Of a stretch of 64,000 nt of DNA, positions 45,481 through 54,526 are shown in pieces; the stretch's first letter is position 1; each line of letters opens with the position of its first letter. Source of the stretch: a virus; IMG/VR virus record IMGVR_UViG_3300047274_000223; one strand, written 5' to 3'. Below the pieces are notes generated by a model, which worked only from the letters and a program-made list of their open reading frames with translations, was not told where the DNA came from and did no database searches. The translations under genes were made by a program, and so were the position numbers.

Positions 45481-45710
45481 TGGATTTGGACAGACAGTTA
45501 AATTTAGAACACTTACTATTTGTCGATAGAACGTGTAGAACTTGTGGGAAATTAAAAAATTTATTGTCTGACTATTATTTGACTAGAAAAGATAGAGGAT
45601 CATATCCATCAGCATACTCATATGAATGTAAAGAGTGTACCGTCAGAAGAATTGTAGCTGGTAGAATGACTAACAGAATTTTCGATAGATGGGAGTATCC
45701 TGACTGGTAG
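45480..45710 (+). CDS. Small zinc-finger-like protein (CxxC...CxxC), 76 aa
   Basis: TAATG overlap with the gp17 stop gives the start at 45480; CRTC and CKEC pairs. Confidence 0.75.
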   Translation: MDLDRQLNLEHLLFVDRTCRTCGKLKNLLSDYYLTRKDRGSYPSAYSYECKECTVRRIVAGRMTNRIFDRWEYPDW

Positions 45711-45750
45711 TTTGTTCATGCATTGTTTCCCCATTAGAAAATACCTAAAT

Positions 45751-45758
45751 TATAAATA
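45751..45758 (+). promoter_or_regulatory. T4-type late promoter (TATAAATA)
   Basis: Exact consensus upstream of gp18. Confidence 0.85.
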
Positions 45759-45790
45759 TTTGTAGAAACCAACCCTTAGGAAATAGAAAC

Positions 45791-48031
45791 ATGGCATTCA
45801 GTCAATTTTCCCCAGGTGTAGTTATCAGAGAAATTGATAACACAACTGTAAGTACCGTAGGAAATCCTACTTTTGCTGGTCTAGTTGGTCCTTTTTCAAA
45901 AGGCCCTGTAGAGGAAGTTAGAATCATCACCTCCGAGCAACAACTAGAACAAACCTTCGGCAGACCAAACGACAATAACTTTGAGTATTGGTTCGCTGCT
46001 GCACAATACCTCCTTTATGGTGGTGCAATTAAAGTTGTCAGATCCGACTCCGCAGGTCTAAAGAACTCAGTTTCAAACGGAACTGCAGTTAAGATCATCA
46101 ATAATGATCAATACGAAACAACCTATGAGAACGCTGCTGCTTCTTGGTTCTTCGCAGCGAAGACTCCTGGTGATTTCGCAAACGGAGTAAGAATCTATGT
46201 AACCGATGCAGGTCCAGACCAGATCCTTTATCTAGATGCACCTACCTCAGGTAACGATTGGCAGTTTGCTAACAGCGATGACATCTCCGCAGCAACTGGT
46301 GCTGCTGGTAAGGTATTTAGATACAGTCTCAAGTTAACCCTAGAATCAGGAGTTGTTGGTAACTTTGTTCCTGGAATTGCTGAAGTTAATGGAGATGGTT
46401 GCACCGTTCTAGCATGGGATCCAATCCATAGAGTTCTTGAGATCGAACTAGATTCGGACTACATTGGTATTGTAGAAGATGGTAATACTGTTGAGCAATC
46501 TTCTTCTGGCGCAGCGGCAACAGTTGCTGATGCTGGTGTTTCAAGAGAATTACTTGCTGTTCTAAACAGAGGTTCAATCGAATTTGCTGCTGGTAACGAT
46601 CTAACAGATTCAAACTCTGCTGCAGTAAACATTGGTCGTGCTGGTAGAGAGTATCTAACCAGAGAAGTATTCCCTGGATTCAAGTGGGCTTCTGTTGCTA
46701 CTCGTCCTGGAACTTCACCATACGTTGCAACCAAGAATGGATACAGAGATGAAATTCACGTTGTTGTTGTAGACACAACTGGATCAATCACTGGTACTCC
46801 AAACACAGTTCTTGAGAAGTTCGTTGGTCTTTCAAAGGCTTCTGATGCTAAAACAACTAACGGAGAAGCAAACTACTACAAAACCGCACTTAAGTTACGT
46901 TCTTCATACATTTATGTTGGTGCTCACAATAGCGCAGAAACATTTGCTGTAGGTGCTGTTGCATCCGATGGTGATTGGGGACAAGCATCTGCTAATACAA
47001 GTTTCAATCTTGTTCAGGGTGATGACGTAACCGATCCTGTTGGTGGTGCTGTGTATATCAACTCTGTTGCTGGTGCAACTGTTGCTTATTCACTAGGTAC
47101 TGCTTCTGGTACTGAAGGTGTTTCTGCATATTCACCAACTTCATCTGAATACATTGCAGCACTTTCTAAGTTTGAAGATCCTGAAGCAGAAGATCTAGAT
47201 TTCATCATTCCTGGTGGAATGGGATCAACTGAGATTGAAGGACTTGCAAGAGTAAATGCTATCGTTAACATTCTCAATCAGAGAAAAGATTGCATGGCAT
47301 TCTTCTCACCATTAAGAGATAGTGTTATCGGAGTTCCCGATACTAATGCAGTAACCACAAACCTAGTCAACTGGTTCTCGAAGCTACCTAGCACATCCTA
47401 TGCAGCATTCGATACTGGTTACAAGTATATCTACGATAGATATAACGATACTTTCCGTTATATTCCTTGCAACGGAGATATGGCTGGTCTATGCCTAGCA
47501 ACTCAGGTTAATGCAGATCCTTGGTTCTCACCTGCTGGTTTCCAGAGAGGTGTACTACAGAACGCAATCCGTCTAGCATATTCACCAAACAAGGGTCAGA
47601 GAGATCAACTCTATGTTGAGAGAATCAACCCAATCGTTTCATTCCCTGGCCAGGGAATCGTACTATTCGGTGATAAGACCGCTCTAGGATATCAGTCCGC
47701 ATTCGATAGAATCAATGTTCGTCGCCTCTTCCTAACCGTTGAGAAGACAGTTGCAAGAGTTGCTAAGAATGTACTCTTCCAGCAAAACGATGATACTTCG
47801 AGATCTGGATTCCTCAACGCTGTTGAGCCATACCTAAGAAACATTCAAGGAAGAAGAGGTCTTACCGATTTCCTTGTCAAGTGTGATCAATCAAACAACC
47901 CACCTGACGCGGTTGATAGAGGTGAATTCTATGCAGAGATCTATCTCAAGCCTACTAGAACGATTAACTACATTTCTATCTCCTTCATCGCAACAAGAAC
48001 TGGCGTTGCTTTTGAAGAAGTTGCTTCATAA
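45791..48031 (+). CDS. gp18: Tail sheath protein gp18
   Basis: SPGVVIREID, PWFSPAGFQRG, FDRINVRRLF, IYLKPTRTINYI motifs. Confidence 0.97.
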   Translation: MAFSQFSPGVVIREIDNTTVSTVGNPTFAGLVGPFSKGPVEEVRIITSEQQLEQTFGRPNDNNFEYWFAAAQYLLYGGAIKVVRSDSAGLKNSVSNGTAVKIINNDQYETTYENAAASWFFAAKTPGDFANGVRIYVTDAGPDQILYLDAPTSGNDWQFANSDDISAATGAAGKVFRYSLKLTLESGVVGNFVPGIAEVNGDGCTVLAWDPIHRVLEIELDSDYIGIVEDGNTVEQSSSGAAATVADAGVSRELLAVLNRGSIEFAAGNDLTDSNSAAVNIGRAGREYLTREVFPGFKWASVATRPGTSPYVATKNGYRDEIHVVVVDTTGSITGTPNTVLEKFVGLSKASDAKTTNGEANYYKTALKLRSSYIYVGAHNSAETFAVGAVASDGDWGQASANTSFNLVQGDDVTDPVGGAVYINSVAGATVAYSLGTASGTEGVSAYSPTSSEYIAALSKFEDPEAEDLDFIIPGGMGSTEIEGLARVNAIVNILNQRKDCMAFFSPLRDSVIGVPDTNAVTTNLVNWFSKLPSTSYAAFDTGYKYIYDRYNDTFRYIPCNGDMAGLCLATQVNADPWFSPAGFQRGVLQNAIRLAYSPNKGQRDQLYVERINPIVSFPGQGIVLFGDKTALGYQSAFDRINVRRLFLTVEKTVARVAKNVLFQQNDDTSRSGFLNAVEPYLRNIQGRRGLTDFLVKCDQSNNPPDAVDRGEFYAEIYLKPTRTINYISISFIATRTGVAFEEVAS

Positions 48032-48072
48032 TTGAAACTATAGATCTCAAAAACAACGGAGGATAACTCAAA

Positions 48073-48801
48073 ATGGCACAGAATAACAGAGGTAGAATTA
48101 CTACCTTTAAGGCTAACTCTCAACTAGACTACGCAAGACCAAACCTTTTCCAAGTTGATATTGACTGGCCTGCTGCTCTCGTAGCAATCCTAAATGGTCA
48201 GGGCGGTAACACTGGTAACCAGGCACAGACATTTACTGCAGCTGCTCTTGCAGCACCTGCAGCGAATGCTCAGGCTGCTGGTGGTCCAGATGGCGCTAGA
48301 AGACTTGGTGCATTCACGATTAAGGCTGCTCAAATTCCCGCTTCAACAGTAGGTGTTGTAGAAGTTCCTTTCCGTGGAAGAATGCTCAAGATTGCTGGTG
48401 ACAGAACCTTTGAACCTTGGACAATCACAATTCACAACGATACCACATTCATCCTCAGATCATATTTTGAGAGATGGATGGAAGCAATCCAACTCTATGA
48501 TGAAAACGCTACCGAATTCGATTATGGCGAATTCCCAGGTGCTGATCCACAGTACTTAAAGTACATGGCTCCAATGCGTGTTTCACAACTAGATCGTAGA
48601 GGAAACGCTGTAAGATCGTATGATTTTATTGATGTTTGGCCTTCAAACCTATCAGCGATTGATCTTGATTATGGTTCGAATGATGCAATCGAAGAGTACA
48701 CTGTAGAACTTCAGGTTCAGTACTGGAGACCTCTCAGTGTTGGTGGTGGTCAGAACCAGAACGCTCAGAGCACTGCTTCTACATTGGTCGAACTAGAATG
48801 A
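48073..48801 (+). CDS. gp19: Tail tube protein gp19 (with an Ala-rich insertion)
   Basis: ARPNLFQV, VPFRGRMLKIAGDRTFEPWTITIHND, IEEYTVELQVQYW motifs. Confidence 0.95.
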   Translation: MAQNNRGRITTFKANSQLDYARPNLFQVDIDWPAALVAILNGQGGNTGNQAQTFTAAALAAPAANAQAAGGPDGARRLGAFTIKAAQIPASTVGVVEVPFRGRMLKIAGDRTFEPWTITIHNDTTFILRSYFERWMEAIQLYDENATEFDYGEFPGADPQYLKYMAPMRVSQLDRRGNAVRSYDFIDVWPSNLSAIDLDYGSNDAIEEYTVELQVQYWRPLSVGGGQNQNAQSTASTLVELE

Positions 48802-48802
48802 T

Positions 48803-48810
48803 GATAAATA
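48803..48810 (+). promoter_or_regulatory. T4-type late promoter (GATAAATA)
   Basis: NATAAATA upstream of the portal gene. Confidence 0.7.
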
Positions 48811-48838
48811 GTATCGGATTAATCTTCGATACTATAAA

Positions 48839-50476
48839 ATGTCTCAATTATTTGGTTACTCTATAGAGAGAGCAAAGAAGGTTCCGAAAGGGCCTTCTTT
48901 TGTGCAGAAAGATAATCAGGACGGGGCTACGCCAATCGTCGCTGGTGGTCACTATGGTTATTATGTGGATATTGATGGGGCGGTAAAGAACGAGTGGGAA
49001 ATGATCACTCGTTATCGTGATATGATTTTGCAACCAGAATGTGATTCTGCTGTAGATGACGTTGTAAACGAAGCTATTTGTGGAAGTTATAACGACGTAC
49101 CAGTTACAATCAATCTGGAAAATATCAAAGGGATGAGTGAGAAGGTAAAGAAACTCATCCGCGAAGAATTTGATTATGTCCTAGAACTCTTAGACTTTGA
49201 AAATAAGTCATACGAAATCTTCCGTCGATGGTATGTTGATGGAAGATTGTTCTACCATAAAGTTATTGATGTTAAAGATCCCGAAGAAGGTATTATCGAA
49301 CTACGTTATGTTGATCCAAGAAAGATTCGTAAAGTTGTTGAGATCGAAAACAGACCAGAAAGAGTAGATCCAAATAATCCTTCACAGGCATTTCTTCAGA
49401 AAACTGTTGAGTATTTCATCTACAACGGTAAAGGACTTAAAGCCGGGGATGCTCAAGGTATCAAAATTGCTCCAGATGCGATTACATTCGTACATTCTGG
49501 AATTTTTGATATGAATAAGAACATGGTTCTTTCGCATCTACACAAAGCAATCAAAGCGGTAAACCAACTTCGCATGATCGAAGATTCGTTGGTTATTTAT
49601 CGTCTATCGCGTGCTCCAGAACGTAGAATTTTCTACATCGATGTAGGTAATCTACCAAAGATTAAGGCAGAGCAATACCTTCGTGAGGTTATGTCTCGCT
49701 ATAGAAATAAACTTGTTTATGATGCGAATACTGGAGAGATCAAAGATGATCGCAAATTTATGTCGATGCTTGAGGACTTTTGGCTTCCTCGTCGTGAGGG
49801 TGGTAGAGGAACGGAAATTACTACTCTCCCTGGTGGTCAAAATTTGGGAGAACTGGAGGATGTCAAGTATTTCCAAAAGAAACTCTACAAAGCTCTGAAT
49901 GTTCCAAACTCAAGATTAGAAACCGAGACTACATTTAACATTGGTCGTTCTACTGAAATTACGAGAGACGAACTCAAATTCCAGAAGTTTATCAACCGTC
50001 TCCGTAAGAGATTCTCTGATCTTTTCCAAGATATTCTCAAAACCCAACTTCTTCTGAAAGGTGTTCTTACACTAGAAGATTGGGATCAGATTAAGAACCA
50101 CATCCAATATGATTTCATTGCAGACAACTACTTCAATGAACTCAAGAACATGGAAATGATGAACGAGAGAATGAATCTCGTTGCAACCATGGATCCTTTT
50201 GTTGGTAAGTATTTCTCGATTGAGCAAATTCGCCGCAATATTCTTAAGCAATCGGAAGAAGAGTTTAAGGATATCGATAAGCAGATTGAGAAGGAAATGG
50301 AAGAAGGAAAGATTGTAGATCCAAATGCTATGGTAGATCCTGCAATTGGAATGCCTATGGATCCTAATGCTGCTATGGATCCTAACGCACTTCCCCCAGA
50401 AGAAACTGGTCCTCCCGAGATGGGAGATGGTGGTGTTGAAGCCGATCCAAGAGATCTGAAAAAAGCAGAATTCTAA
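48839..50476 (+). CDS. gp20: Portal protein gp20
   Basis: RRWYVDGR, VIYRLSRAPERRIFYIDVGNLP, EDFWLPRREGGRGTEITTLPGGQNL motifs. Confidence 0.98.
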   Translation: MSQLFGYSIERAKKVPKGPSFVQKDNQDGATPIVAGGHYGYYVDIDGAVKNEWEMITRYRDMILQPECDSAVDDVVNEAICGSYNDVPVTINLENIKGMSEKVKKLIREEFDYVLELLDFENKSYEIFRRWYVDGRLFYHKVIDVKDPEEGIIELRYVDPRKIRKVVEIENRPERVDPNNPSQAFLQKTVEYFIYNGKGLKAGDAQGIKIAPDAITFVHSGIFDMNKNMVLSHLHKAIKAVNQLRMIEDSLVIYRLSRAPERRIFYIDVGNLPKIKAEQYLREVMSRYRNKLVYDANTGEIKDDRKFMSMLEDFWLPRREGGRGTEITTLPGGQNLGELEDVKYFQKKLYKALNVPNSRLETETTFNIGRSTEITRDELKFQKFINRLRKRFSDLFQDILKTQLLLKGVLTLEDWDQIKNHIQYDFIADNYFNELKNMEMMNERMNLVATMDPFVGKYFSIEQIRRNILKQSEEEFKDIDKQIEKEMEEGKIVDPNAMVDPAIGMPMDPNAAMDPNALPPEETGPPEMGDGGVEADPRDLKKAEF

Positions 50477-50479
50477 ATA
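50472..50479 (+). promoter_or_regulatory. Possible late promoter (TCTAAATA)
   Basis: TAAATA core overlapping the gp20 stop; shares TAAATAATTA with the gp22 and gp23 promoters. Confidence 0.6.
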
Positions 50480-50503
50480 ATTAGATAGGAAACATTTATT
50501 ACT

Positions 50504-50668
50504 ATGTCTACAGAAATTTTTGATAGCATTTTTGCAAAAAACAACGCTCAAACTATTGAACTAGTTAATGATGCTTTACAGTCGAAAGCGTTCGATGCTA
50601 TTCAACAAAGAAAAGTTGAAGTTGCACAAAACATTTTTAACCAAGAAGTATCAGAGGACGAAGAATGA
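50504..50668 (+). CDS. Small prohead core protein (54 aa), in the position of T4 gp67/gp68 (not in ORF track)
   Basis: MSTEIFDSIFAKNNAQTIELVNDALQSKAFDAIQQRKVEVAQNIFNQEVSEDEE*; AGGA RBS; lies between gp20 and gp21 with an ATGA overlap. The function is inferred from synteny. Confidence 0.75.
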   Translation: MSTEIFDSIFAKNNAQTIELVNDALQSKAFDAIQQRKVEVAQNIFNQEVSEDEE

Positions 50669-51312
50669 TGAAACTAATTACGGAGAATATTGAGGAGATC
50701 AATGTTCTTACCGAAGAAAAAGATGGTAAGAAAACTCACTATATCGAGGGTATCTTTTTACAGGGTGATATCACAAACCGCAATGGTAGAAATTATCCTG
50801 TAAATATCCTTGAGCGCGAAGTTAATAAATATAACGAGAACTTTGTTGGAACAGGCAGAGCTCTCGGAGAACTCGGTCATCCCGATGGTCCAACCATCAA
50901 TCTTGATCGTGTCTCACACAAAATTCTTTCCCTAAAAAGAGAAGGAAACAACTTCATCGGTAAGGCGAAACTATTGGAAACTCCAATGGGCAAAATCGCT
51001 AAAAACTTACTCGATGAAGGAGTCAAACTCGGTGTTTCTTCAAGAGGTCTTGGATCTCTTACTGTAAAAGATGGTGTCAATTATGTTGGCGAGGATTTTA
51101 TGCTTGCCACCGCTGCGGATATCGTAGCTGACCCTTCTGCTCCTGACGCTTTTGTTGAGGGAATCATGGAAGGTAAAGAGTGGGTTTGGGAAAGTGGTAT
51201 GTTAAGAGAGGTTGAAATCAACCATCTTAAGAAAACCATTGACGAGGCAACTCGTTTCGACCTCCAAGAGCGCAAGGTTAAAGCATTTGCCGCCTTCCTC
51301 AGAGGTTTATAA
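50665..51312 (+). CDS. gp21: Prohead core protease gp21
   Basis: NRNGRNYP, ALGELGHP, LGVSSRGLGS, ADIVADPSAPDAFVEGIME motifs. The start may be the second ATG at 50668. Confidence 0.97.
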   Translation: MMKLITENIEEINVLTEEKDGKKTHYIEGIFLQGDITNRNGRNYPVNILEREVNKYNENFVGTGRALGELGHPDGPTINLDRVSHKILSLKREGNNFIGKAKLLETPMGKIAKNLLDEGVKLGVSSRGLGSLTVKDGVNYVGEDFMLATAADIVADPSAPDAFVEGIMEGKEWVWESGMLREVEINHLKKTIDEATRFDLQERKVKAFAAFLRGL

Positions 51313-51323
51313 TATTTTTAATA

Positions 51324-51331
51324 TATAAATA
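51324..51331 (+). promoter_or_regulatory. T4-type late promoter (TATAAATA)
   Basis: Exact consensus upstream of gp22. Confidence 0.85.
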
Positions 51332-51373
51332 ATTACACGAAATTCCCCGTAAATTAGACAGGAGACAACTCAA

Positions 51374-52393
51374 ATGTCAGAAGATATTTCAAGAATGGAT
51401 CTAGATGAGGGTTCAAACGTCGTCACCAAAGGCGCAAAACCAGCAGAAAGATCCGAACTCAAAGACGAATCAGAGGAGATTGGCGGTCCTACCCCAACTT
51501 CAGGTAAGCCTGACGATACCGAATCAATCGGCAAAAAGGTTGCTGCTAAGATGAAGGGTGCATCTGCTCCTACAACTAAGCCTTCCGATGCTTCTGGCGA
51601 CAAGCAAGAAACCCTAAGCAAGAAGCCTACCTTTGAGGAGACAGAAGAAGATGGCGAACTCATCGAAGAAGAAGCAGAAGAAACTATTCAGTATTCCTTC
51701 GACGAGGACCTTGACGCTCTTGTATCTGGTTCAGACCTTACAGAAGAATTCAAAGACAAAGCAAAACTAATCTTTGAAGCAGCAGTAACAGCAAAGATCA
51801 ACGAAGAAGTTGCTCTAATGAATGAAGCATATGAGCAAGCATTCGAAGAAGCTGTTACCGAATTCAAAACAGAAATGTCCGAGCAAATCGACTCGTACCT
51901 CACTTTTGTTGCTGAGAAGTGGGTTACTGAGAACGCTCTCGCAATCGACAACGGCATTAAGACCGAGATTGCTGAGAACCTAATGCACGGACTCAGAAAT
52001 CTCTTCGCTGAGAACTATCTTGAAGTTCCCGAAGAGCAGTTCGAGATTGCCGCTGAGGCAACCGAACAACTCAACGCTATGGAAGCGAAGCTCAATGAGC
52101 AAATCGAACTAAACGTTGAGATGCATAAGAAACTTGGTGGTTATATTAAGAATGGGATCGTGAGCGAAGTTTCTGTTGGACTTGCTGAAACACAAAAGGA
52201 TAAACTCCAGGGTCTATCTGAAGGTGTCGAGTTCGTAAATGAAGAAGATTTTCGTGAGAAGATCGAAACTCTCAAGGAGTCATATTTCGCTAGAGCAGCT
52301 GCTCCTGCGGTAGAAGACACCCCTGTAGAGCAACCTGTTAGTGGAGATGCAATGTCAGTTTATGCTGCTGCAATTTCCCGCTGGTCCAAATAA
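51374..52393 (+). CDS. gp22: Prohead core scaffold gp22
   Basis: Acidic helical protein with IFEAAV, YLTFVAEKWVTEN and KIETLKESYF motifs; sits between gp21 and gp23. Confidence 0.93.
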   Translation: MSEDISRMDLDEGSNVVTKGAKPAERSELKDESEEIGGPTPTSGKPDDTESIGKKVAAKMKGASAPTTKPSDASGDKQETLSKKPTFEETEEDGELIEEEAEETIQYSFDEDLDALVSGSDLTEEFKDKAKLIFEAAVTAKINEEVALMNEAYEQAFEEAVTEFKTEMSEQIDSYLTFVAEKWVTENALAIDNGIKTEIAENLMHGLRNLFAENYLEVPEEQFEIAAEATEQLNAMEAKLNEQIELNVEMHKKLGGYIKNGIVSEVSVGLAETQKDKLQGLSEGVEFVNEEDFREKIETLKESYFARAAAPAVEDTPVEQPVSGDAMSVYAAAISRWSK

Positions 52394-52409
52394 ACAAAAC
52401 AACGTAATT

Positions 52410-52417
52410 TATAAATA
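52410..52417 (+). promoter_or_regulatory. T4-type late promoter (TATAAATA) for gp23
   Basis: Exact consensus, flanked by the inverted repeat acgtaatt/aattacgt. Confidence 0.88.
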
Positions 52418-52472
52418 ATTACGTATTTGTTATTAAAATAACACATTACTCATTTTTTCAAGGAGAAAGCAA

Positions 52473-53834
52473 ATGTTCATGTCAGAGCAATTGCAGGAAA
52501 AGTGGGCACCCATTCTTGAGCACAAAGATGCTGATCCTATCCAGGATACTTACAAGAAGGCTGTCACCTCAGTACTGCTAGAAAACCAAGAGAAGTTCCT
52601 CAGAGAAGAGCGTGGTATGCTCAATGAGGCTGCACCTACCAACTCCCTTGGTGGTACAGGTTTCTCGGGCGGTTCAACCGCAACTGGTCCAGTTGCAGGT
52701 TTCGATCCCGTTCTAATCAGCCTAATCCGCCGTTCGATGCCTAAGCTCATCGCTTATGACATCTGCGGTGTTCAACCCATGACTGGTCCTACTGGACTAA
52801 TCTTCGCAATGCGTTCGACCCAAGGCACCAACCGCGATATCGCTGGTGGCGCTACCGAAGCATTCTTCAACGAAGTTGATTCCGAGCATTCTTCCGAGAA
52901 CAGCGGAAACACCCTCGGATCAAACACCCAGACTGGTTCAAACCCTGGTCTTCTAAATGACAGCGGCACCTACACCATCGGTGGACAAGGTATGACCACT
53001 GCTCAGTCAGAAGCACTTGGCGATGGCGCTGGTAATCACTTCCGTGAGATGGGTTTCTCAATCGAGAAGGTCACCGTAACTGCAAAGTCACGCGCCCTCA
53101 AGGCTGAGTACTCGCTAGAACTCGCACAAGACCTCAAGGCTATCCATGGTCTTGATGCTGAGCAAGAACTAGCAAACATCCTCTCAACCGAGGTTCTTGC
53201 TGAAATCAACCGCGAAGTTGTACGTACCGTATACAAGATCGCTAAGCCTGGTGCTCAGAACAATACCGCTGCTGCTGGTATCTTTGACCTCGACGTTGAT
53301 TCAAACGGTCGTTGGTCTGTTGAGAAGTTCAAGGGTCTTCTATTCCAAATCGAGCGCGAAGCAAACGCAATCGGTCAGCAGACTCGTAGAGGAAAGGGTA
53401 ACTTCATCATCTGCTCTGCAGACGTTGCAAGTGCTCTCGGCATGGCTGGTGTTCTTGACTACACCCCCGCTATCAACGGCAACAATGGTCTTGCTGGTGT
53501 TGACGATACTTCCTCAACTCTAGTCGGAACCCTCAACGGTCGTATCAAGGTTTATGTTGATCCATATTCCGCTAACGTTTCCGATCGTCACTTCTTCGTT
53601 ATGGGTTATAAGGGTTCTTCACCTTACGATGCAGGTCTCTTCTATTGCCCATACGTTCCTCTCCAAATGGTTCGTGCAGTTGGTCAGGACACCTTCCAGC
53701 CTAAGATCGGATTCAAGACTCGTTACGGTATGGTTGCTAACCCATTCGCTGAGGGTCTAACCCAAGGTCAGGGTGCTCTAACCGCTAACGCTAACGTATA
53801 CTACAGACGTGTTCTTGTAGACAACCTAATGTGA
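52473..53834 (+). CDS. gp23: Major capsid protein gp23
   Basis: ICGVQPMTGPTGLIFAMR, KSRALKAEYSLELAQDLKAIHGLDAEQEL, FQPKIGFKTRYG motifs. Confidence 0.99.
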   Translation: MFMSEQLQEKWAPILEHKDADPIQDTYKKAVTSVLLENQEKFLREERGMLNEAAPTNSLGGTGFSGGSTATGPVAGFDPVLISLIRRSMPKLIAYDICGVQPMTGPTGLIFAMRSTQGTNRDIAGGATEAFFNEVDSEHSSENSGNTLGSNTQTGSNPGLLNDSGTYTIGGQGMTTAQSEALGDGAGNHFREMGFSIEKVTVTAKSRALKAEYSLELAQDLKAIHGLDAEQELANILSTEVLAEINREVVRTVYKIAKPGAQNNTAAAGIFDLDVDSNGRWSVEKFKGLLFQIEREANAIGQQTRRGKGNFIICSADVASALGMAGVLDYTPAINGNNGLAGVDDTSSTLVGTLNGRIKVYVDPYSANVSDRHFFVMGYKGSSPYDAGLFYCPYVPLQMVRAVGQDTFQPKIGFKTRYGMVANPFAEGLTQGQGALTANANVYYRRVLVDNLM

Positions 53835-53852
53835 TCTATTCACATTGATCTG

Positions 53853-53876
53853 AGGACCCTTCGGGGTCCTTTTTTT
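53853..53876 (+). terminator. Intrinsic terminator after gp23 with a cUUCGg tetraloop
   Basis: aggaccc-ttcg-gggtcct followed by a T run. Confidence 0.95.
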
Positions 53877-53878
53877 AT

Positions 53879-53886
53879 GCTAAATA
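53879..53886 (+). promoter_or_regulatory. Possible late promoter (GCTAAATA) for gp3
   Basis: TAAATA core directly after the terminator. Confidence 0.6.
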
Positions 53887-53908
53887 ATAGGTAGCTTGGG
53901 AAGTTGAC

Positions 53909-54499
53909 ATGTCTGCCAACTGGTATCAACAACAAATATCCAATAACAACTATTTGTCACCAATTGGTTTCAAGTTCATTATTGAAAAGGCACCAAAGAC
54001 TACATTCCTGTGTCAGAGTGCCAGCATTCCAGAAATTTCTTTAGGTGAAGCAACGGTAACAACTCCATTTATTGATTATCCATTAGAAGGAAATTTCACT
54101 TATGGAAGTCTATCATTTCAATTTTTGATTGATGAAGACCTCCAAAATTATTTGGAAATCCATAACTGGATGAGAGCGTTAGGTGTACCCTACTCGTTCA
54201 CAGAAAGAAGAGAATTTGAAGACGCTGTTAAAAGAAAGATTAATAGAACTAACGATAGAAATATTTTTAGTGATGGGACATTACTTGTACAAACAAATAA
54301 CCTAACATCAAATTTTGATGTGCTATTTGTAGATATGTTCCCAACCTCACTATCTACTCTTGAGTTTGATGCAACAGTAAACGAAACAAACTTTATGACG
54401 GCAAATGTATCGTTTGCATACACATATTACGAAGTCAGACATCAAGGTGAGATGAGAAGAAGAAAGGTCAGCTGGTGGGAACCATTAGACGATCTCTGA
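53909..54499 (+). CDS. gp3: Tail completion / sheath stabiliser gp3
   Basis: NYLSPIGFKF, FLIDEDLQNYLEIHNWM, MFPTSLSTLEFD motifs; position after gp23. Confidence 0.9.
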   Translation: MSANWYQQQISNNNYLSPIGFKFIIEKAPKTTFLCQSASIPEISLGEATVTTPFIDYPLEGNFTYGSLSFQFLIDEDLQNYLEIHNWMRALGVPYSFTERREFEDAVKRKINRTNDRNIFSDGTLLVQTNNLTSNFDVLFVDMFPTSLSTLEFDATVNETNFMTANVSFAYTYYEVRHQGEMRRRKVSWWEPLDDL

Positions 54500-54505
54500 T
54501 ATAAT
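54497..54505 (+). promoter_or_regulatory. Extended -10 sigma70-type promoter (TGaTATAAT) for uvsY-uvsW
   Basis: Perfect TGnTATAAT upstream of a GAGG RBS and uvsY; no -35 at the usual spacing. Confidence 0.7.
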
Positions 54506-54526
54506 ATGAATACTTGAGGATTTATT

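Noticed and set aside
50330-50476. DP-rich repeats at the portal C-terminus
   Set aside because: Low-complexity acidic/Pro tails are common on T4-like portals, and nothing specific can be supported.
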